DNA of 64,000 nt from an uncultured archaeon (GTDB lineage Archaea > Thermoplasmatota > Penumbrarchaeia > JASLWR01): positions 3,079 through 67,078 of the forward strand of contig CAYFHS010000002.1 of the NCBI GenBank assembly GCA_964342815.1. The letters are read 5' to 3'. Made by a program: the position numbers and the translations under genes. The notes beneath the pieces were generated by a model that was given only the letters and a program-made list of their open reading frames with translations, did not search any database and was not told the origin of the DNA. The first letter of the stretch is position 1; each line of letters opens with the position of its first letter. Below are positions 58,050-64,000 of the stretch, in pieces.

Positions 58050-59408
58050 ATGCCGCCCCCGAAAAAATATCGTCGATCCCTTGTATTTTCTGTTATTGGG
58101 GCCTGTGTGATAGTTATTATAATATTGATAATGAGCCAGGTATTCACTCCTACCGGCTATGATCCTAACACGTGGTCAGACGAGGAACTCGGACCCCCTC
58201 CCTTGAACGTAACGTGGGGTAACGTCGTTCCCCTGAACATAGAAGGTTACGAACCCAGCATCTCTTCGGACTCCCAGGGCGCAATGTACATCACAGGCCA
58301 TAAAAACCTTGAGGAGAGGGATACCTGGGACTACCTTGCTTCATGGTTCGTCATGAGCAAGGATGAAGGCAAAACATGGTATCCGCCCACAGAGCCATTT
58401 CCCAGGGGTGCCATCTGGCAGACCTATCTGGGCGATGAGGGGGATATCGCCGTGGACGCAAACGATAACGTCTATTATGTTGATACCTATCTTCTCGACA
58501 ATCATATTCACGTTTGGGCGGATCAGGGACAGTACCAGTATTCCGTAAGGATCCAGAAGACCACGGGACTGGACGATCGGCCGTGGATAACCGCACAGGG
58601 GAACAATATCGTTCATTATCTGGGAAACAACGGTGTAGAAGTAAACGGTGGGAGATACTGGTATTACCGCTCCACAAACGGTGCCCGCACCTTTACGGCG
58701 GGGGAATCCGTTCCCGGAAACGGATGGGGCCATATAGACGCGGAAAGGGACGGAGACCATGTTTACATTATCTCGGAGAGCAACGTCGGAGGAGAGGCCG
58801 ACATTCGTGTTTACGTAAGCGACGAACAGGGCGCCAGCTGGGATTTTTCCAATCCGGTGGTTGTGGGACACCGGGACGGTCCGGGGCGTCAGTACCCAAT
58901 CATTACAGTGGGAGCCAATGGCGACGTTTGGTGCCTTTGGAACGACGCTTCCAACGGGGTGGAGAATGGCACCCGCGTCTTCGTGGGAAGGAGTACCGAC
59001 TTCGGCCGCAGCTGGGACACATGGGACATAACACCTTTCAAGGGTTTTCTGGACTATCCCACCATCAACGCCGGGCCGGATGGCTCCGTGGCGGTATCAT
59101 TCTACGCCACAAAAGACCTGCCGGTATCCGAAAACAGCGAATGGTACATATACGGGGCCCTGGCACTTAACGCCGGCAGCGGCAATCTATCGTTGAACTT
59201 TTCCATAGCTGACCCGACCCCTGTTTATGTGGGCTCCAATCTTCATGCCCTTCACGATTTTTACGAGATCGTCATCACACCGGATATGGCATTGAACCTT
59301 GCCTATCAGTATTATGTAGGACCTGGAAACGGGGACAGCATGCTCTATTTCGTCAGAGGTATCGTTGAGAACCCCAACCAAGGAGCGGAAGTGATTGACA
59401 GCGGATAA
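58050..59408 (+). CDS. BNR/Asp-box repeat (sialidase-like beta-propeller) protein with N-terminal membrane anchor
   Basis: 452 aa. TM 'LVFSVIGACVIVIIILIM'. Asp-box-like 'SKDEGKTWY', 'STNGARTF', 'SDEQGASWD' and 'STDFGRSWD' (S-x-D-x-G-x-T/S-W pattern). Confidence 0.7.
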   Translation: MPPPKKYRRSLVFSVIGACVIVIIILIMSQVFTPTGYDPNTWSDEELGPPPLNVTWGNVVPLNIEGYEPSISSDSQGAMYITGHKNLEERDTWDYLASWFVMSKDEGKTWYPPTEPFPRGAIWQTYLGDEGDIAVDANDNVYYVDTYLLDNHIHVWADQGQYQYSVRIQKTTGLDDRPWITAQGNNIVHYLGNNGVEVNGGRYWYYRSTNGARTFTAGESVPGNGWGHIDAERDGDHVYIISESNVGGEADIRVYVSDEQGASWDFSNPVVVGHRDGPGRQYPIITVGANGDVWCLWNDASNGVENGTRVFVGRSTDFGRSWDTWDITPFKGFLDYPTINAGPDGSVAVSFYATKDLPVSENSEWYIYGALALNAGSGNLSLNFSIADPTPVYVGSNLHALHDFYEIVITPDMALNLAYQYYVGPGNGDSMLYFVRGIVENPNQGAEVIDSG

Positions 59409-60663
59409 CGGGCTGATGAGAAAAGGATCAAGGAGGGTTTGGCGGACATGGAAATGGGGTTTCTTGATTGCGTTTGTGGTAATGATTGCGGTCTTCATAT
59501 TTGGTTTGAACGTGGAGGTCCAGCATAAAAGGTCCGGAATAAAAGGAGAAGAACCAATAAAATTCTTCGAAACGGACGTGTCTCCGTCAATCGCAGTCGG
59601 TATGAACAGTTATACGGTAAGCATATCCAATGATCGGAAATATACTATTACGTGGGTGAAAATGGAGTTCCGCGGGCCCAACATGCAGGCTCCGAGCCAT
59701 GAGCCCGAGACCCATTCCGATTCCATAGGAGCCGGTGGGGAGACGAGTTATTCTTTCGATATCCCGAAGGGTGCCGAATCCGCTGAGTTCGAACTGACCG
59801 GAGATTCTCTGCCTGGATTTGCCGACATCAATCTTTACGTTAGAGGCTCAAATACAAGTGCTGAATGGTCATCGGAAAGCTCATCGAACGACGAGAACAT
59901 TAGACTGTCAAGCTCGGATATAGAATCAGGTGGATACGGCGCATACACCATTAGCGTCAGGCATGAAGGCGGCGTCCGGTCAGTCTCATACACGCTGAGC
60001 ATATCACTGAGCTACGCCGATCTCGTCCTTTCCCATACACATTCCAACGCTATCCCGCCCGAAGATACATTAAATCTGGACTATATTATAAATCTGGACG
60101 CGGCGCAGGTGGATGAATTGGGGTTTTATATCTCGGCCCGGATCAGACTCCCTGACGGAATGACCATGGAGATACGGAGGGTCTACAGCTCCAGTTGGTC
60201 GGTGCTTGAGGAAGTTACCCCGACACCGGATGAACTTAAGGACTCGGAACCCTGGGGACCTGTGGATACCACCGGTACGGTATCGGGAGTGGCATATGCC
60301 ATTGCAGTTTTAAGCGGGATAGTGCTTTGGGCCCGGCTGCGGTTCACCGAAATGGTCAAACCGCGGTTTATAGGTCCGGTACACTGCTTCATATCACTGA
60401 TCTCCCTTATCCTTGCTGTTGATCACACGGCAATAGCGCTGCAAAAATCCTGGCCTTGGGGGTCTCCCGGAATGTTATTCTCGTACCTTTCCATAGTGAC
60501 GATGTTGGGATTCACCGTTTTTTCATTCTACGACGTTGAAGGAAAGGAATGGCTGGGCAAAAGAAAATGGCGAAAGGTCCACCTGATCCTTACAATACTG
60601 CTTTTCCTGGTCGTGGTTCTCCATATCGGGTTGATGGGCGATCACCTGGGTTTTCTGAAGTGA
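59395..60663 (+). CDS. Membrane protein: N-terminal TM, about 270-aa extracellular domain, C-terminal multi-helix domain with conserved His pairs (possible haem-b-binding, ferric-reductase-like/DUF4405-like)
   Basis: 422 aa. Overlaps the upstream BNR gene by 14 nt. The C-terminal helices carry 'VHCFISLISLILAVDH' and 'KVHLILTILLFLVVVLHIGLM'. Haem binding is inferred, not shown. Confidence 0.5.
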   Translation: MTADNGLMRKGSRRVWRTWKWGFLIAFVVMIAVFIFGLNVEVQHKRSGIKGEEPIKFFETDVSPSIAVGMNSYTVSISNDRKYTITWVKMEFRGPNMQAPSHEPETHSDSIGAGGETSYSFDIPKGAESAEFELTGDSLPGFADINLYVRGSNTSAEWSSESSSNDENIRLSSSDIESGGYGAYTISVRHEGGVRSVSYTLSISLSYADLVLSHTHSNAIPPEDTLNLDYIINLDAAQVDELGFYISARIRLPDGMTMEIRRVYSSSWSVLEEVTPTPDELKDSEPWGPVDTTGTVSGVAYAIAVLSGIVLWARLRFTEMVKPRFIGPVHCFISLISLILAVDHTAIALQKSWPWGSPGMLFSYLSIVTMLGFTVFSFYDVEGKEWLGKRKWRKVHLILTILLFLVVVLHIGLMGDHLGFLK

Positions 60664-61142
60664 TGTGAATAATTTCATATTAAAATTATTAGATGTTACA
60701 CAGTATACTTTTTTCTATGACAGATTATCATTGGGTCATCCCAAATTCCACGCCCTTCCTCCATATCTTTTCTCTTCTAAAGAGGACCTGCTCCCGTTTC
60801 ACTCCGGTGTCCACTTCGTTCCGCAACACCCAGCAGGTGTTGCTACACCCTCGGTAGATGTACCTACAGGTGTAACTGCGTCACACCTGAGCCCTCGCCT
60901 TTTAAGCCTACGGGCGACGTAAGAAACGCAGGTCCGACACAAAAATAACAGAAATTAAGGGTGGGGGCACTACCCCCATGAACGGCATCTACGCCGTTCC
61001 AGTGCATTTCACAAACCTGCACCCGGGCCCCAATTAGAAAGCTAAGAGATATCAAACTAACAGCCTATCTGTGCAGATGGTAATTTCGATTACCCGATTA
61101 AAATAATTAAAATCGTTTTACGAAAGAATTATTTAACAGTAA

Positions 61143-62945
61143 TTGAATAATATATCTATGTATACGAAATCACGTGATCTTAAGGTTCTCATCTACAGTG
61201 TAGCCATTTTTACCATATTTGCCGTGTTAATATCCGCTCCCGTGCTTGGTTCGGTTCCCCCCCAAAAAATAAATTACCCGGATGAACCAAACAGAGCTAT
61301 CGCACCCATCGAGCTGGTATCACCCAAAGAAGCCAGGGTCGTAAGTGGTATAGGAATTGAATTAAGCTGGAACGTTGCCGGCGAATATTCCGGATCATAC
61401 TCTTTTGATGTATATGTATCCGAAGATGGAGAAAAAGTCACGGCATCAAACAAGGGTACTCGACTGGGCAGCGGTCTGACCGAAACATCCCTGAAGGCCA
61501 TGATCCTCCTCGATAAAACGACGTATTACTGGAAGGTAGTCGGGAAAGATATTGGGGACAACGAGCAGATCTCGTCACTTGTTGGACAATTTTCCATCGA
61601 CAGATCGATACCGGACCCGGATAACTATCTCGGCATATCGGTATCGAATCCGAATCCGAGATACGGGGAAGAGGTATATTTCGCTGCCATGGTCCCCAAC
61701 ACATTCGGCGATTTCATTAGCTATTCGTGGGATTTTGAAGACACAAACGAGAATATCGAGGGAAGCGACAAAGCAAAGGTCACGCATAGTTTTCAGCGAC
61801 ATGGAAAAAAACTCGTTCAGCTGACGGTATCAGATGAGCTTGGTAACGAACAGAGTACATCGGTTCTGGTAGAAGTGGAGGGAGGTGAACCTGCTGCGTC
61901 TATGTCGGGGGGGAGTATGAAAGATAGTTCGTACTCGTCTATTATCGTTGTCTGTATGGTAGTGTTTTTCATAGTTATTATCATAGTGGTAGTCGCCATT
62001 TCGGCGGCAGCAAAGGAAAAGGAACGTCAGAAAAATCAGTTTGCGGTACCTTCCGAGATATACGAGACAGAGGACAAGGGAGATCACCCGGACGAGAACC
62101 CCGAATTCATCTACAACATGGAATGGTACATGGAGAAGGGATTTCGAAAGGTGACCGATGAAATGAAGAATATGACAAAGGCCACCAAGGACCTTGTCAA
62201 GGGCGAACGATTCGGAAAATACCTATCAATCTTCATCGTGGCCTTTGCCATTTCCACCATGGTCTCGGCATACCTGCAGTCCAATTCCAACCAGGAAAGT
62301 ACCGAAAAATACAGCCTTGCAAAAACCCACCTCGAAGATTCCAACACCCTTCTTCTTCAGGCGGAGAGCATTATCGACAACGACGTCAATCTGCTGGAAC
62401 AGGCAAGGCGGTATTACGTGGAAGGGGAGAACCTCCTGTGGAAGTATATCCAGAAAACGCTGAACGGAACACCCGAAAGTTATTACAACGAAATAGGGGA
62501 CTCGCTCATTGCTTTCAACAACGCCTACGGACTGATCGTTCAGAGCAATTTGTATAGATCAAAGCATGTCACACGCAGCTACGCCGTCAACCTTGTGGAT
62601 TTCGATGATTTCGTACCCTGGGACTACAGTAACGAGCAGATAAAACTTATCTCCATAGACATATTGGGAGTTCTGGAAAAATACAGATCCGATTTCGACA
62701 GCTACGAGGAAGATCTGAAAGAAGAATCAATCTCTCTCCGGGGATATGCAGATTCGCAGTTCGACGGGGCCAATGAACTGGGTGACGAAGGCCTCTCATT
62801 TACCAGAGCGACGACATTCTTCTCCATCGCCACGTCGGTGATAGGGATTTCCATCGTACCTAAGAACAAGTATACAAGGAGAATTCTCATATTCGTCGGT
62901 TTGGCAGTATTTGCTTCCGGTTTCTTTTTCATACAGATATATTAG
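61143..62945 (+). CDS. Membrane protein: signal, Ig/PKD-like domains, TM, about 300-aa cytoplasmic domain, C-terminal TM
   Basis: 600 aa. 'GEEVYFAAMVPNTFGDFISYSWDFEDTN...LTVSDELGNEQST' is a PKD unit. TM 'IIVVCMVVFFIVIIIVVVAI'. Terminal helix 'ILIFVGLAVFASGFFFIQIY'. Confidence 0.6.
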   Translation: MNNISMYTKSRDLKVLIYSVAIFTIFAVLISAPVLGSVPPQKINYPDEPNRAIAPIELVSPKEARVVSGIGIELSWNVAGEYSGSYSFDVYVSEDGEKVTASNKGTRLGSGLTETSLKAMILLDKTTYYWKVVGKDIGDNEQISSLVGQFSIDRSIPDPDNYLGISVSNPNPRYGEEVYFAAMVPNTFGDFISYSWDFEDTNENIEGSDKAKVTHSFQRHGKKLVQLTVSDELGNEQSTSVLVEVEGGEPAASMSGGSMKDSSYSSIIVVCMVVFFIVIIIVVVAISAAAKEKERQKNQFAVPSEIYETEDKGDHPDENPEFIYNMEWYMEKGFRKVTDEMKNMTKATKDLVKGERFGKYLSIFIVAFAISTMVSAYLQSNSNQESTEKYSLAKTHLEDSNTLLLQAESIIDNDVNLLEQARRYYVEGENLLWKYIQKTLNGTPESYYNEIGDSLIAFNNAYGLIVQSNLYRSKHVTRSYAVNLVDFDDFVPWDYSNEQIKLISIDILGVLEKYRSDFDSYEEDLKEESISLRGYADSQFDGANELGDEGLSFTRATTFFSIATSVIGISIVPKNKYTRRILIFVGLAVFASGFFFIQIY

Positions 62946-62971
62946 TCCGTACGAGTGGCTCGGAGAAAAGA

Positions 62972-63163
62972 TCAAAATACCGGGAATAGGATCAAGCCAA
63001 GCAGTAATCCGAAATACACAACAAAACAAGCGGCCCGGACGACAATATTTTTCGTACGATTGTAAATAAATACCAATCCAGGAATGCCGACAGCCACCAT
63101 GAAAGCTCCGAATAGTATCATTATCAGAAGCCCGGTCCGGCTCAATGTGGTCTCAAACCCCAC
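62972..63163 (-). CDS. Possible small membrane protein (two TM helices)
   Basis: 63-aa ORF, hydrophobic ('LLIMILFGAFMVAVGIPGLVFIY', 'FVVYFGLLLGLILFPVF'). It could be spurious. Confidence 0.25.
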   Translation of the reverse strand: MGFETTLSRTGLLIMILFGAFMVAVGIPGLVFIYNRTKNIVVRAACFVVYFGLLLGLILFPVF

Positions 63164-63353
63164 AAAGATGAATATGAGGCTGAAAATGGCCGTGCCTATG
63201 AAGAAGCATATGGCCTCGAGACACCCCGACTTTTCCTTTTTTTGATTTTTCTTTTCTTTTTCATTGATGATGATAGCACCTCGAAATCACCCCCAATGGG
63301 TGATTTTTTCTGTTTCCGCGCTAATTAATTTTTCTTTGATCTGGAGACCCAGC

Positions 63354-64000
63354 TTATACCCAGCCATCCCACTCCTCACAATCATCCATTTTATTACCAA
63401 ATTCTTCCCCCTCATCACCCACTTCCACATCGTCCTCATCTCCGACCTCGATCCCCATATGTTCATTTTCGCCCTTCCCGCGCCGATGAACAAAGAAAAA
63501 TAATACCGCTGCCACACCCACAACTACAATCACCACCAATATCCAAAGCATCAAGGGTCCAAGAAAGCCTTTCTCATCTTTTCCGGCATCATCCCCCCCG
63601 TTATCCACGGTTGGTGTTATCACGTTTATCGTCCAACTGTAATTATGAGAATTTCCGGCCGGATCGAGAATAATCACCCGCAATTCATGCGTTTCCGGTC
63701 CTTCTCCAGCCACAAATGAAAATGAATTTTTTCCGTTATAAATTATTTCCTGACCCAGATACCAGCGGAATTCCAGGTCGTCCGGCTCGCCCGGGGAAAC
63801 CGTCACGGCAAATTCAATAATTTCACCTCCCTTCACGGTTATCTCATCCATCTCCGGCGTCCTGCCCTCAATCATTGGAGGCAGATCATCCCTCGGAACC
63901 ACCGGACCCACCCACTGCGGCCCTTTATTGGAATTGTTGGCAAGATCAAAGGCCATGACGGTAACATAATAACTGAAACCATCTTCAAGAGAACTGCCGT
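63354..64000 (-). CDS. Surface protein, 3' part only (N-terminus lies beyond the window end): Ig/PKD-like domain, TM anchor, acidic cytoplasmic tail
   Basis: The reading frame stays open upstream of Met 63956 to the window edge ('...QFSLEDGFSYYVTVMAFDLANNSN'). TM 'LMLWILVVIVVVGVAAVLFFFV'. Tail rich in D and E. Confidence 0.55.
   Translation of the reverse strand, partial: GSSLEDGFSYYVTVMAFDLANNSNKGPQWVGPVVPRDDLPPMIEGRTPEMDEITVKGGEIIEFAVTVSPGEPDDLEFRWYLGQEIIYNGKNSFSFVAGEGPETHELRVIILDPAGNSHNYSWTINVITPTVDNGGDDAGKDEKGFLGPLMLWILVVIVVVGVAAVLFFFVHRRGKGENEHMGIEVGDEDDVEVGDEGEEFGNKMDDCEEWDGWV

Noticed and set aside
60664-61142. 480-bp gap with an 85-aa ORF (60665..60922) and a GGGGGCACTACCCCC hairpin. 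I considered a small gene or ncRNA.
   Set aside because: The ORF is Pro/Ser/His-rich and low-complexity with no start context. The hairpin alone is not diagnostic. Most likely it is a promoter or terminator region between the 59395..60663 gene and the 61143 gene.
1-64000. Looked for CRISPR arrays, reverse transcriptase / DGR template-variable repeat pairs, transposases or integrases that might explain the hypervariable-looking surface genes
   Set aside because: No regularly spaced direct repeats with unique spacers. No YxDD reverse-transcriptase motif in any frame I inspected. No DDE or tyrosine-recombinase-like ORFs. The only direct repeats outside genes are the two copies of the intergenic element reported above.

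Overview
Reading by eye only (no tools), this 64 kb window looks archaeal, with reservations. Supporting signs: AT-rich TATA-like boxes 25-35 nt upstream of several starts, an apparently leaderless start at 42811, and many surface proteins built as signal peptide, ectodomain, single C-terminal TM helix and short cytoplasmic tail. Shine-Dalgarno motifs are also present.

The dominant feature is an island of giant secreted or membrane-anchored proteins. Nine CDSs exceed 650 aa and together cover about 60% of the window. They are built from right-handed beta-helix (NosD/pectate-lyase-like) repeats, PKD and Ig-like domains, cadherin-like domains, FG-GAP plus ASPIC/UnbV, PQQ-like and PD40-like beta-propellers, about 20 GLUG-type repeats, and two DOMON domains fused to a cytochrome b561-like membrane domain. 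Several carry cytoplasmic zinc-ribbon tails.

Between the giants sit housekeeping or metabolic units:
- a translationally coupled hyuA-hyuB-(CaiB-type CoA-transferase) operon
- a cyclophilin and a DeoD/Udp-family nucleoside phosphorylase
- a membrane-anchored M24 peptidase and two winged-helix regulators
- three tandem paralogous MDR quinone-oxidoreductase-like genes followed by a flavodoxin-like gene
- a BNR/Asp-box propeller gene overlapping a gene for a membrane protein with a possible haem-b domain.

I recognised no rRNA, tRNA, CRISPR array, transposase, integrase or reverse transcriptase.

The signals I rate most worth follow-up:
1. A roughly 45-nt conserved AT-rich core followed by two GC hairpins with compensatory changes, present in two copies (11541-11618 and 16106-16187) that bracket one giant gene.
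2. A nearly identical 26-aa four-cysteine cytoplasmic tail (CPxC-x3-AQYY-x-EY-x-C-x-WC-x-GCQDYV) on two otherwise unrelated giant proteins, part of a recurring ectodomain-TM-zinc-ribbon architecture.
3. A putative transmembrane electron conduit: DOMON, five Ig-like repeats, DOMON, cyt-b561-like domain.
4. Near-identical 78-nt tandem repeats inside the GLUG-repeat gene.
5. A 420-bp palindrome-rich intergenic region upstream of the 1995-aa gene.
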